This document shows positions 45,973 to 55,489 of a DNA stretch of 55,489 nt, one piece after another. The position numbers were made by a program, and so were the translations under genes. A model generated the notes under the pieces. That model ran no database searches. It was not told the origin of the DNA and saw nothing but the letters and a program-made list of their open reading frames with translations. Origin of the DNA: Alphaproteobacteria bacterium (GTDB taxonomy: Bacteria > Pseudomonadota > Alphaproteobacteria > JABAAW01); assembly GCA_014238535.1 (NCBI GenBank), contig JABAAW010000006.1, positions 1-55,489 of the forward strand. Direction: 5' to 3'. Position 1 is the first letter of the stretch. Each line of letters opens with the position of its first letter.

Positions 45973-47765
45973 GGTAGCTCCTGAAACGTGCGATTTTGCG
46001 TTTCTAGCTGCTCGAGCGATTTTTTGTTACCCGCAACGGATTTAGAATTTTTTCTGGTAGCCTTTTTTTTATGCAGAATATTTTTACTATTCCCGAGCGC
46101 GGTATGGAATTCTTCGGACTTTTGGTCGCTACGCTTTATTCCACGAGCTACGATCATGTGTTGGAAGATGTTTGCGACTGCGGTGCTCAAGACTCGACTT
46201 GCATTTATGGCGCCCAAATCGCTACTTTGAGGGGATGGTTCGTCGAGCATCGTGAATATCACATATCGCGGCTTATCTATCGGCAGGACTCCGATGAATG
46301 AAGCGACGACTTTGTCATCTGCGTATCGTATTCCTTCTTGGTTGCGAATTGGTTTTTCGGCGGTTCCAGTCTTCCCGCCTAATGCGTAGCCTTTGATGGC
46401 GGTACGCGCGCCTGTTCCACTTTGAATATTCAACCACAGCAATCTTCGCAAGGATTGGACTGTTTCTTCTGAGATTACACGCGAGTGTAAGTTTTTTTCA
46501 CTTTTTTCGCGCTTGACGATGCTTGGAGCGCGCACGATTCCGTCTGTCACCAACCCTGCGACGGTTGTAACGAGGTGTAGAGGACTAACGGCGATGCCGT
46601 GTCCGAATCCGATAGTCATTGCGCGTAGATCATCGGCACCTGACGATAGTAGCGGTCGGCTTTTTCCCTCGAACGCTACGGGCAAGACTTCGAGCATGCG
46701 GAAGTCGTATAGGAAATTTTGTTGCAGGTCTGGTCCTAGGTCTCGCGAGATCATAGCAGCGCCGATGTTAGAAGAATGTATAAATACTTCCTCGAAGCTG
46801 AGGGGTCTTTCGCTCTGTTTGATATCGGATATTTTTTTGTTAGAAAAGACGATAGGTTCGCGCACGTCGTATATGCTTTCGAAGTTTGCGACTTCGCTTT
46901 CTAGAGCCATCGCCATGGTTAGTATTTTGAATATGGAACCTAGTTCATAATTTCCCTGAACTACGCAGTTGAAGTATTGCGCGGGTGTAATTTTAGCAGG
47001 CAGATGGGGATCGAAGGTAGGTAGAGAGACCAAAGCGAGTATTTCGGCACTGTTAGCCTCGAGAATGACTCCGCATGCGGCGCGAGCGTTGTATTTTTCG
47101 TAAGCTTGCTGGAGATATTTTCTGAGTATATGCTGTAGCAACTCATCTAAGGTTAGTTTTATGGGGCTATGATCTCGTTGCAGGCGCGAGTTTAGACTCA
47201 GCTCGATACCGCTCTGCCCGACATTATCGATATTGACGAACCCGACGGCGTGTGCGAATAGGTCTCCGTGCGGGTATAGCCTTGTTGGTCTAGCGATGAG
47301 ATGTATTCCTGGTATGCCCAAACTACGCACTGCGAAAGCTTCTTTAGGCAGTATTCGTTGCATTATAGGGAATCGTCCGCCGCGCTCTAGTCGTGTGAGT
47401 AGTTTTTCTTCGTTTATTTGTGGTATGCTTTCGGCGAGCCTGCGTGCGGCGGATTTTAGGTCGACACCCGCACGATGCATTAGCGGCACGTCTGCATTTA
47501 GACTAGATACCGGCAGGTCTGAGGCGAGCAGTACTCCGTTGCGCTCGATGATATCTGCGCGCGCTTGAAAGAGATCAGATGAAGATTGGCTATTACTATT
47601 TAGCGCCGACCTCTGCTCTAAGAATGGCGTTCTTAGCAGTCGTACGCTCAAGATTGCTAATAGCAATAGCATAGCGACTCCTAGCACGTACAGCCTAGCC
47701 CTGCTTTCGCGTATGCGGCGCCAATAGCGTTGCTCTCTGCTTTCTTGGCTATTGTTTAGGATCAT
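45969..47765 (-). CDS. ftsI: Class B penicillin-binding protein FtsI (PBP3)
   Basis: SxxK (GSIFK), SxN (HSSN), KTG (GKTGTA) and RADIIERNG; dcw position. Confidence 0.93.
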   Translation of the reverse strand: MILNNSQESREQRYWRRIRESRARLYVLGVAMLLLLAILSVRLLRTPFLEQRSALNSNSQSSSDLFQARADIIERNGVLLASDLPVSSLNADVPLMHRAGVDLKSAARRLAESIPQINEEKLLTRLERGGRFPIMQRILPKEAFAVRSLGIPGIHLIARPTRLYPHGDLFAHAVGFVNIDNVGQSGIELSLNSRLQRDHSPIKLTLDELLQHILRKYLQQAYEKYNARAACGVILEANSAEILALVSLPTFDPHLPAKITPAQYFNCVVQGNYELGSIFKILTMAMALESEVANFESIYDVREPIVFSNKKISDIKQSERPLSFEEVFIHSSNIGAAMISRDLGPDLQQNFLYDFRMLEVLPVAFEGKSRPLLSSGADDLRAMTIGFGHGIAVSPLHLVTTVAGLVTDGIVRAPSIVKREKSEKNLHSRVISEETVQSLRRLLWLNIQSGTGARTAIKGYALGGKTGTAEKPIRNQEGIRYADDKVVASFIGVLPIDKPRYVIFTMLDEPSPQSSDLGAINASRVLSTAVANIFQHMIVARGIKRSDQKSEEFHTALGNSKNILHKKKATRKNSKSVAGNKKSLEQLETQNRTFQELP

Positions 47766-47778
47766 GGGTATAGAAGAG

Positions 47779-48135
47779 TTACTGGTTTTGCCTTATTGCT
47801 TCGTAGTTTAGAGCCTGCGGTTTTTCTACTTTAGGCTTTTCAGCGGCGCGTATTTCTTCTTCTACATTTTGCGCCTCGATGACGCGCACTTGTTGAGTTT
47901 TTGCTTTACGCAGGTGTGGCAATAGGTTTTTGGTAAGTTTTTCTAACCGTTCGATTCGCGTTATGTTTGCGTAATCGACGCGCAAGACAGCGATACGGGA
48001 TCGTTCGCTTTCAATTTTCTGCTCCAAGCGAGCGACCTCGGCGCGTAATTCACGCAGACTAGTGTTGTTCTGTAGCGCGAATGTTAGCGTTAGCAGTAGA
48101 GCGATCAAAGCGAGCAATGTTGCGGTGCGTCTCAT
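47779..48135 (-). CDS. ftsL: Cell division protein FtsL-like
   Basis: TM segment plus coiled coil (I.VLR.DY......ERLE.L) between rsmH and ftsI. Confidence 0.75.
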   Translation of the reverse strand: MRRTATLLALIALLLTLTFALQNNTSLRELRAEVARLEQKIESERSRIAVLRVDYANITRIERLEKLTKNLLPHLRKAKTQQVRVIEAQNVEEEIRAAEKPKVEKPQALNYEAIRQNQ

Positions 48136-49292
48136 TTTACGCTTCCTATCCTTTTATCATCTTTGTATGCGCGTGTATGTTTTTCGACGGCGCGTAGTTT
48201 TGCGCTGCGTGAGCGGGGGTTTGCGGAGCGCTCGCGCAAGCTTGGTCGCAACAAGCGTTCGGAGATGTATCGATAGCGAGGCTGTTTTGCTAATAGCTGC
48301 GCCTGCATACTTGGGCTCGCATCGGCGAGAGTATTTTTTTTACTACTGCTTATACTATGAGCGATATCTTCTAAGCTTGCACGATGGCGCGAAGTTGTAG
48401 ATTGGCTTGAACGCCGCCCTGTCCAGGCTGCGAATTGTTGCTTGACGATTCGATCTTCGAGCGAATGGAAAGATATAGCGGCGATTCGTCCGCCCTCATT
48501 CAACATAGCGTCGGCTTGCCGCAAGCCCTCTGCGATTTGCTCTAGTTCGTTGTTTACGGCGATTCGTATAGCCATAAAAGTTAGAGTTGCGCTGTCGCGC
48601 TGCGCCCGCGTTTGATTTTTTCTGAAGTTGTATGAAGGTCTTTTAGTAATTTTTCTAGGTATATTAGCGCGCACCAATTCTGCGAGTTGTTGCGTATTGT
48701 GCGGTAGTTTTTTTTCTGCTCTTGCTTGTATGATTGCGCGTGTTATTCGCCTTGCGTGTTGCTCGCCGCAAGCGCGTAGATTTTCTAATAAGCCTTGTTC
48801 TGTTACGCTTTGCAGGAATTCTTGTGCGGTTGCGCCTTGTTGTGCTATTCGCATATCGAGAGGTCCATTTTTTTGGAATGAGAATCCGCGCTCGGCATCA
48901 TCTAGCTGAGTGGATGAAATTCCGTAATCGAACAGGACGCCGTCGAGGGCGTTGATGTCGTGTTGAGCCAACAGTTTATTTGCGCTTGCGAAAGGTCCTT
49001 GAGTTATTGCGAAGCGTTTGTCGTGCTTGCGGAAGAATGGCTGTTTTAGTGCGTATTCGACGGCTTCTTTGTCGCAATCGATTGCAAAGACGCTGCAGGA
49101 TGTCTGGTTTAGTATTGCGCGCGAATGCCCTCCGCGCCCGAAAGTTGCATCGAGTATCAGCCCATTTCCTAACGGAGCAAATATTTCGAGCACCTCCTCC
49201 AGCATAACGCTATCGTGCGTCATGGCTTTGCGCTTGCTTGCAGGAAGTTCTACAGCTTCATTCGCTTTAGCTTGTGCTTGTTTGTTTTGCAT
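48132..49292 (-). CDS. rsmH: 16S rRNA m4C1402 methyltransferase
   Basis: DATFGRGGHS, ERGFSF..GPLDMR, AIRIAVNNEL, ISFHSLEDRIVK and NPRSRSAKLR. Confidence 0.95.
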   Translation of the reverse strand: MQNKQAQAKANEAVELPASKRKAMTHDSVMLEEVLEIFAPLGNGLILDATFGRGGHSRAILNQTSCSVFAIDCDKEAVEYALKQPFFRKHDKRFAITQGPFASANKLLAQHDINALDGVLFDYGISSTQLDDAERGFSFQKNGPLDMRIAQQGATAQEFLQSVTEQGLLENLRACGEQHARRITRAIIQARAEKKLPHNTQQLAELVRANIPRKITKRPSYNFRKNQTRAQRDSATLTFMAIRIAVNNELEQIAEGLRQADAMLNEGGRIAAISFHSLEDRIVKQQFAAWTGRRSSQSTTSRHRASLEDIAHSISSSKKNTLADASPSMQAQLLAKQPRYRYISERLLRPSLRERSANPRSRSAKLRAVEKHTRAYKDDKRIGSVK

Positions 49293-49326
49293 TTTTTCTC
49301 TTACCCTTTTTTTCGCATTTTCTTTT

Positions 49327-49839
49327 TCAGTTTGGCGATGTTGGAATATTAAAAGGTGCGATACTTTTACGGGAACGCTCTTTGTGCCAACGCTGGTGGC
49401 TGCTTTCTGAGAATATCACGAAGCGCCTAGCGAAGCCGACGAAGACGGCGACGCTCGATAAGGATATTTCGTCGAGGAACTCTTTAGGTAGCAATATTCG
49501 TCCATTTCCGTCGAATGCGATTCTGCGAGCGGCGGCGACTATTTGCGCCATTATGCTATCTTCTTCGTCTGAGAACATTGCGGTTGAGTTTTCAATATCT
49601 CTGCATATGTGCTGAAAGTGTATTGGCGATAGAGCTTCCAACCGCCCCCCACGCGGCGATGGGAATGCGTATATTGCTTTATCGTTCTGCCCTTCGCCGC
49701 ATAGGGATTGTCGAAACTCTGCGGGTATTGAAACTCGCCCTTTTGGGTCGAGTCGATTTTTGTATGTACCACTGAAGACTGGCTGCGTCAGCTTTTCTTC
49801 TTCTGTGTTTACCGAAGCAATTTCTGTAGATGTTTCCAT
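49327..49839 (-). CDS. mraZ: Division/cell wall cluster transcriptional repressor MraZ
   Basis: LDPKGRVSIPA.FR and DGNGRILLP; first gene of the dcw cluster. Confidence 0.92.
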   Translation of the reverse strand: METSTEIASVNTEEEKLTQPVFSGTYKNRLDPKGRVSIPAEFRQSLCGEGQNDKAIYAFPSPRGGRLEALSPIHFQHICRDIENSTAMFSDEEDSIMAQIVAAARRIAFDGNGRILLPKEFLDEISLSSVAVFVGFARRFVIFSESSHQRWHKERSRKSIAPFNIPTSPN

Positions 49840-49877
49840 TACTTTTCATGGAGCCTGCGTTCGTCTTACGATTTAGG

Positions 49878-49924
49878 ACACTTTTTCACACTTTATACCT
49901 TATTATGGGATTGCATACCACTTT
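49878..49924 (-). promoter_or_regulatory. Candidate MraZ operator boxes
   Basis: Minus-strand AAAGTG(T/G) at 49878-49884, 49888-49894 and 49918-49924, all in 10-bp phase, upstream of mraZ. Confidence 0.5.
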
Positions 49925-50188
49925 TGTGCCTTAAGGTCAAGAAGCGATACGATACTGCCGATAATTCCGAAGATGTTTTTGCAGACGAGCGCATAAGGTT
50001 ATAGACTGAATAGCTAGTTCGCTATGATATGTTTCCCTATGGCGGGGTCGTATGAGTAATAGTTTATCTATTGATAGCCTTGAGGTGTAGAAATGAGAAG
50101 TTTTGCCTTTGTCCTTATTTTGCTAATTCTCTCTGCGCTTGCGCTTTATTGGACATTTTTTCCACCGGTTTTTCCCACTTGAAAGCGC

Positions 50189-50872
50189 GTGGAAGTTAAG
50201 ATATGTGGCATCACGAATGCGGAGGATGCGAGGAATAGTGTTGCGTTGGGAGCGACGATGCTTGGCATTGTTTTCGCGAAGGGTTCTGCGCGCTACCTTC
50301 CTGTTGCGCGAGCGCGCGAGCTAGTATCCGAGTGCCCGCGCTCCTTCTGCTTTGTTGGAGTTTTTGTCGATGAGGAAGCCTCGCATATACGCGAGGTCGC
50401 CACTAGGGTCGGTCTCAAGAAGATACAACTGCATGGTGTAGAGTCTCCGAGTTTTTGTGGTAGTTTTTCGCTCCCTGTGATCAAAGCCTTTAGAGTCGCC
50501 AATGCTTCTAGTAATTCTTCTAGTAATGCTTCTGAAAATGATTCTTGCGATGATTTGGGACAAGAAGCAGATAGAGCCCCGCGATTTTACACCCGCGTTG
50601 AGTCGCATTTATTCGATAGCAAGAGCGGAGGCAGCGGTAGTAGTTTTGATTGGCAACGGTTGAACTTGCTCGATCGTATTAAGCCGTGGATTCTAGCGGG
50701 TGGCTTAAAGGCGGAGAACATAGCGCGAGCGGTCTCGATTGTGCGGCCGGATGGTGTTGACCTTTCTAGTTCTGTTGCGCGAGACGATGATATTCGGCGC
50801 AAGGATTACACTAAGATAGAGACTTTCATCCGTGCTCTGAGAACAGAGTGCGCTCGCAGCACTACTTGCTAG
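50189..50872 (+). CDS. trpF: Phosphoribosylanthranilate isomerase
   Basis: VKICGIT, VGVFVD, IQLHG.ES, GGSG.SFDW, ILAGGL...NI and GVDLSSSV. Confidence 0.92.
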   Translation: MEVKICGITNAEDARNSVALGATMLGIVFAKGSARYLPVARARELVSECPRSFCFVGVFVDEEASHIREVATRVGLKKIQLHGVESPSFCGSFSLPVIKAFRVANASSNSSSNASENDSCDDLGQEADRAPRFYTRVESHLFDSKSGGSGSSFDWQRLNLLDRIKPWILAGGLKAENIARAVSIVRPDGVDLSSSVARDDDIRRKDYTKIETFIRALRTECARSTTC

Positions 50873-50896
50873 AAGCACTTACGGTTGCTATTTGCT

Positions 50897-51766
50897 ATGC
50901 CGGAGTTACCTGAAGTTGAGACCATTCGCCGTTACCTATGCTCCTGTTTAGTAGATCGCTGCATCTCGAGCGTCCGCCTAGCGCGCAAGGATTTGCGTTT
51001 TCCGTTTCCTGCGCGTTTTTGCGAAAGACTTGCTGGTGCGCGTATTACGGCATTGAAACGGCGTGGTAAGTATTTAGCTATTTTTTGCGTTAAGGATGAT
51101 ACGAGTTTCATCTGGCTAGTGCATTTAGGCATGTCTGGACGTCTGCTATGGTTTTCTGAAGGAGCGGATGGTTTAGGTATAGATCATAGACATGTTTGCG
51201 CCGATATGGTTTGTGGAGGAGCGCTATGCTACGATGATGTGCGCCGCTTTGGCTTTATGGATTTATGCGCGGGCACTGATATGGATAATGACTGCGAGCG
51301 CCTGCGTCATCTAGGCATAGAACCACTGTCGAATAGGTTTAACGGGCGTTGGCTATGGGAAGAAGTTTCTAAGAAATCTAAATCCAGCAAGAATAGCGGA
51401 GGCAAGGCTATCAAGGATATTTTAATGGATCAGCGTTATGTTGCGGGTCTTGGCAACATTTATGTAACCGAGTGTTTATGGGATGCTATGGTTCATCCGA
51501 TGCGCAAGATTCATGACTTAACTTTAGATGAGTGCGAGCAAATAGTTAAAGGCGTTAGAAAAGTATTAAGGCTTGCGATCGATGCTGGCGGCAGTTCCCT
51601 TCGCGACTATCGACAGGGTGACGGCTCGTTGGGTTATTTTCAATTGATGCTACGCGCGTATGCGAGAGCTGGCAAGGAGTGCTTGCGCGTGGGGTGCGAT
51701 GGCACAATTAATAAGATTACGATAGGTGGTAGGTCTAGTTTTTTTTGCTCAAAGTTAAAAACATAA
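50897..51766 (+). CDS. mutM: Formamidopyrimidine-DNA glycosylase (zinc finger lacks the 4th Cys)
   Basis: MPELPEVET, RRGKYL, HLGMSG, D.RRFG, LMDQ..VAGLGNIY and GGSSLRDY. Start is ATG 50897. Confidence 0.95.
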   Translation: MPELPEVETIRRYLCSCLVDRCISSVRLARKDLRFPFPARFCERLAGARITALKRRGKYLAIFCVKDDTSFIWLVHLGMSGRLLWFSEGADGLGIDHRHVCADMVCGGALCYDDVRRFGFMDLCAGTDMDNDCERLRHLGIEPLSNRFNGRWLWEEVSKKSKSSKNSGGKAIKDILMDQRYVAGLGNIYVTECLWDAMVHPMRKIHDLTLDECEQIVKGVRKVLRLAIDAGGSSLRDYRQGDGSLGYFQLMLRAYARAGKECLRVGCDGTINKITIGGRSSFFCSKLKT

Positions 51767-51825
51767 TTAAATTATAAAAAATAAGAATTAACAGATCAAT
51801 GGATAGTTAATTATTTTACCTATTG

Positions 51826-52617
51826 TTATTGTAGAAGTAGAACGATTGCTATCGCCAAGGTTGCGCCGCAGACAAGAAGCCATAGGGCAAAGATAGACAC
51901 GCGTAAGGCAATAAGGCTACCGAATCCTGCGCCAACTATCTGCCCTAGTGCCATCACGATCCAGGCACGCCAGGCGAAGCCAGCGGCGAGCGCAAATATT
52001 AATATTGCTCCGATGTTACTAGACATATTTAGTATCCGCACTAGTGCGATGCTAACTCGCAAACCCACATTCTTAATATCGGTAAGCACCACTAGATAGA
52101 AAGTGCCAGCCCCCGGACCAAAAAGCCCGTCGTAATATGCGATAATATAGAATAGAAAATTAGAGAAGATATTTATTTTTTTTGAAGATTTATTTTTATA
52201 TTTAGATTCAGATTTTTTATTTATATTAATTTTTTGCCGATAAGCATTCAACGCAAAGGATATAGCTGTAAGGATAAGCACGATTGGGATTGCTAACTCC
52301 AAGATGCGTGTATCTATTTTTGTTGCGCAAAAAGCTCCTAGCATACCGCCGATGGCACAGGGTATTGCGTATTTTACCAGCATTTCCCGTAGTGTTATAG
52401 ACGAGTATAACCCTGCCCTAGCGTAGCGAATAGTTGCGACCACCTTTCCGACTGTACTCTGTAGTTTATTTGTAGCCAAAGCCTGAATGGGATTGACGCC
52501 GTATAAGAGCAAAGCTGGCAGACCGATCAAGCCGCCGCCGCCGGCGACTGCATCGATCGCCCCCGCGCAGATTGCGGCTAGGAACAACAGTCCCAGCTCA
52601 AGAGTAAATAAGTCCAT
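51826..52617 (-). CDS. TSUP (TauE/SafE, YfcA-like) transporter
   Basis: AG.IDAVAGGGGLI.LPALL, ALATNKLQS, YDG.FGPGAGTF and N..SN.GA. Confidence 0.88.
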   Translation of the reverse strand: MDLFTLELGLLFLAAICAGAIDAVAGGGGLIGLPALLLYGVNPIQALATNKLQSTVGKVVATIRYARAGLYSSITLREMLVKYAIPCAIGGMLGAFCATKIDTRILELAIPIVLILTAISFALNAYRQKININKKSESKYKNKSSKKINIFSNFLFYIIAYYDGLFGPGAGTFYLVVLTDIKNVGLRVSIALVRILNMSSNIGAILIFALAAGFAWRAWIVMALGQIVGAGFGSLIALRVSIFALWLLVCGATLAIAIVLLLQ

Positions 52618-52631
52618 CGAAGGTTATAGTT

Positions 52632-53768
52632 TTAAGAGTATAACTCGAAGATTATAGCTATAGTCACTAATAGTGCGCACAAGCATAGCATAGCATAGTT
52701 GATGGTATGCCGCGCACGACTTATGTGATTGGTGCTGCATCTTGCGGAGCCGCCCCCGATCCATCTTCCGACCTTCCAGGTTTCTCCGTTTATTTTATAC
52801 AACCTCTCGCCTGCGAGTTTGATGTTTAGCGCGCCAGCCAATGCTGCTTCGGTATGCGGAGCGTTAGGAGAAGATTGGAAACCGCCCCGTGCCCAAGTTA
52901 TGACGGATGGAGCGAAGATGAGCACCGATTTAATCGCGCGCCAGCCTGAGCCTTTAGGCGTAAGGAATGCGGCGATACATATTCCGAATGCGCTGATACG
53001 CGCGGGCACTATATTTGCGATATCGTCGAGTCTGGCAGCGAAGCGACCGAATTCTGCGTAGCGCTCGAAGCGATAACCGAACTGGCTATCGAGTGTATTT
53101 ACGGCTTTATAGAAGAAGATACCGGGCAACCCGAACAACAAGTAGTAAGATAGAGGAGCGATAGAACCGTCGGAGAAATTTTCAGCTAGGCTTTCCATAG
53201 CGGCTCGCGCTACTGCGTATCGAGATAGACTTTTGGTTTCGCGTCCGACGATATGCGCTAGTTTCCGCCTTGCCCCTACTAGGTCTCGTGCGCGTAGCCG
53301 GCTTTCGATACTTGCGACATGCCTATCGAGAGCTGCGTGTGAGATCAACCATGCGCAAAAGAAGGCGTGCGCGAGCAACAAGAGTATCATCGCTATTATG
53401 GTAGAGTTCAATGGTAGAACTAACGAGGATTGTATCAAGGCTTGTGTTACTGCTTGTATCAGAAGCTCCAGCGCAAGACCTACTATAGCGGCTAGCATGA
53501 CTAGGATTAGGCTCCATGACAAGCCGCGCCAAAAGCGAGATGAGCCGACGAGGATATGCGTTTTTTTTAGCGAAGTATTTAGTAGCCCCTCGCCAAACGC
53601 GGCGAGAGAACCGAATATAGCGACGGGATGTGCGTAGCCAAGTAGGGATTTTTGTAAGGATTTGCTTTGCTCTAATATGCGATCGCCACACAATGCTAGC
53701 AAGCAGACGACTGCGCGTAGCGAGAATATGCAGACGAGTGCGCTCGCTTGGTATAGGCTATCACTCAT
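52632..53768 (-). CDS. cbiB: Adenosylcobinamide-phosphate synthase CbiB/CobD
   Basis: HPV, IVGRET, RAAMESLAENFSDG..AP, YKAVNTLDS..GY, FGRFAARLDD..N..PAR and SPNA...EAALAGAL. Confidence 0.9.
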   Translation of the reverse strand: MSDSLYQASALVCIFSLRAVVCLLALCGDRILEQSKSLQKSLLGYAHPVAIFGSLAAFGEGLLNTSLKKTHILVGSSRFWRGLSWSLILVMLAAIVGLALELLIQAVTQALIQSSLVLPLNSTIIAMILLLLAHAFFCAWLISHAALDRHVASIESRLRARDLVGARRKLAHIVGRETKSLSRYAVARAAMESLAENFSDGSIAPLSYYLLFGLPGIFFYKAVNTLDSQFGYRFERYAEFGRFAARLDDIANIVPARISAFGICIAAFLTPKGSGWRAIKSVLIFAPSVITWARGGFQSSPNAPHTEAALAGALNIKLAGERLYKINGETWKVGRWIGGGSARCSTNHISRARHTINYAMLCLCALLVTIAIIFELYS

Positions 53769-53822
53769 GGAAAGGATAGTGCTCGCCTTGTTTTTTTTAT
53801 AATATACATATATTATGTACTC

Positions 53823-53863
53823 GCATTACGATTCCTGCATTACGATTTCTGCATTATGCTTCT
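53823..53863. repeat. 14-bp tandem triplication at the clpS 5' end
   Basis: gcattacgattcct / gcattacgatttct / gcattatgcttct; the third copy supplies the ATG at 53856. Confidence 0.8.
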
Positions 53864-54329
53864 AGACTATAATTTTCAGCCTATGATAGTAGCGATGAGA
53901 CTACGAGAAGGCTTGCAAACGAGCGAACAAGACTTCCTCCTGCAAGAAAGCATGCTAGTATCGACTGGCTCCCCCTCCCGCAGGCAGCCAAATGAGAGGG
54001 CAAATAAGAGGGAAGAGTCTAACGCCTCGCCTGATAGTGATTTACTTTTGAGTGAGCGAGAGAAGGTTGAACCGCCGTCGCAATATAAGGTTTTACTAAT
54101 TAACGATGATTACACGCCGATGGATTTTGTGATAGATATTTTAGAAGATTTATTTAACCTGCCCCGCTTGGAGGCGATTGATATTATGCTACAAGTTCAT
54201 AATAAAGGCATAGGGGTTTGCGGTTTATTTCCCTATGAGATAGCGGAGACGAAGGCAAGGCAAGTTATGATTTTAGCTCGCAAGAACGAACATCCCCTGC
54301 AATGCGTTGTTGAGAAGGAGAAGGCTTGA
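53856..54329 (+). CDS. clpS: ATP-dependent Clp protease adaptor ClpS (start uncertain)
   Basis: [32 protein letters not shown] and HPLQC. Confidence 0.95.
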   Translation: MLLDYNFQPMIVAMRLREGLQTSEQDFLLQESMLVSTGSPSRRQPNERANKREESNASPDSDLLLSEREKVEPPSQYKVLLINDDYTPMDFVIDILEDLFNLPRLEAIDIMLQVHNKGIGVCGLFPYEIAETKARQVMILARKNEHPLQCVVEKEKA

Positions 54330-55489
54330 TGCTTTCGGACTCGCTTGAGAAGACACTGCATCGTGCTATGGAGAACGCACATAAGCGCAAGCACGAGTAT
54401 GCTACGCTAGAACACCTATTGCTTGCCTTGATCGATGATCGAGATGCGAGTGCGGTTATGCGCGCCTGTGGTCTTGATTTAGAACAGCTTGGTCGCGAGT
54501 TGAAGACTTATATTGATGGCGACTTAGGTTTTTTGGTTTCTGCGACCCCGAAGGATACACGCCCGACGGCTGGCTTCCAACGAGTGTTGCAACGCTCTGC
54601 TGTGCATGTGCAGTCGTCTGAGCAAAGCGAGGTAACTGGAGCGAACATTTTGGTAGCGTTATTTTCGGAACGCGAGAGTCATGCGGTCTATTTCCTGCAA
54701 CGCCAAGAGATGACACGTTTAGATGCGATAAACTACATCAGTCACGGCATTGCGAAGGTGCCTGGTATAGGTGATCAGCTGAGCGTAGCGGAGGATGATT
54801 TACGCGAGAAGAGTGCAAATAAGGTAGCGCGCGAGCATCGCTCTGCGCTTTCGTCGTGGTGCATTGATCTGAACGAGAAGGCGCGTAGTGGCAATGTTGA
54901 TCCGCTTATAGGTCGTAGCGAAGAGGTTTCGCGCACGATGCAAGTTTTAGCGCGTAGGACTAAGAACAATCCGCTTTTGGTTGGCGATCCTGGTGTTGGA
55001 AAGACGGCGATAGTCGAGGGTTTAGCGTTGAAGATAGTGAGTAGCGAAAAGGAAGAAGAGTCTTCGAAGGAACGAAGTTGCACTTTATCTGGCAAAAGGA
55101 TTTTTGCTTTGGATATGGGCGCGCTGATAGCGGGCACGCGCTATCGTGGTGATTTTGAGGAACGCCTTAAGAAGATTATCAAGGAGCTAGAGTCTTGCGA
55201 AGACGCGATTCTTTTTATAGACGAGATTCACACGATTGTTGGGGCTGGAGCTACCTCAGGTGGTGCATTGGACGCCTCCAACCTACTGAAGCCTGCGCTT
55301 GCGAGCGCGAGTTTGCGCTGCATAGGGGCGACGACACACAAAGAATATCGTCAAGCATTTGAGAAGGACCGAGCACTATCGCGGCGCTTTCAGAAGGTAG
55401 AGGTTGGCGAGCCTACGAACGAGGAGAGTGTTTTAATCCTACAAGGCTTGAGTAAGCGCTATGAAGATTTTCACAAGTTGCGCTACACG
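54329..55489 (+). CDS. clpA: ATP-dependent Clp protease ATPase ClpA (3' partial, runs off the window; absent from the ORF track)
   Basis: Segments translated by hand in one frame: [13 protein letters not shown]...[13 protein letters not shown], Walker [23 protein letters not shown], Walker B LFIDEIH. Start overlaps the clpS stop. Confidence 0.96.
   Translation, partial: MLSDSLEKTLHRAMENAHKRKHEYATLEHLLLALIDDRDASAVMRACGLDLEQLGRELKTYIDGDLGFLVSATPKDTRPTAGFQRVLQRSAVHVQSSEQSEVTGANILVALFSERESHAVYFLQRQEMTRLDAINYISHGIAKVPGIGDQLSVAEDDLREKSANKVAREHRSALSSWCIDLNEKARSGNVDPLIGRSEEVSRTMQVLARRTKNNPLLVGDPGVGKTAIVEGLALKIVSSEKEEESSKERSCTLSGKRIFALDMGALIAGTRYRGDFEERLKKIIKELESCEDAILFIDEIHTIVGAGATSGGALDASNLLKPALASASLRCIGATTHKEYRQAFEKDRALSRRFQKVEVGEPTNEESVLILQGLSKRYEDFHKLRYT

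Overview
Chromosomal window from an alphaproteobacterium. The assignment is inferred from the mraZ-to-ftsZ dcw order, alpha-type gshA, fliQ-fliR-flhB and clpS-clpA; divergent, insertion-rich proteins and scrambled gene order hint at a host-associated lineage. Most of the window is core genes: argE, carD, rplU-rpmA-obgE, three tRNAs, tpiA, a pseudaminic acid (pse) cluster, flagellar export genes, ubiA/rsmE/gshA/ratA/lipA, a complete dcw cluster, trpF, mutM, cbiB and clpS-clpA (partial). Three accessory patches stand out. (1) A holin-endolysin pair plus a 275-bp structured tandem repeat sits between tRNA-Tyr and tRNA-Gly. (2) An AT-rich, apparently catalytically degenerate PD-(D/E)XK-like gene lies between pseC and pseG, bracketed by inverted copies and a shuffled array of the same hairpin family, most copies of which carry a GANTC site. 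(3) Three tandem 2-TM paralogues have conserved ends, AT-rich hypervariable middles and their own duplicated promoters. All calls come from reading motifs by eye; no database search, alignment, folding or composition program was run.
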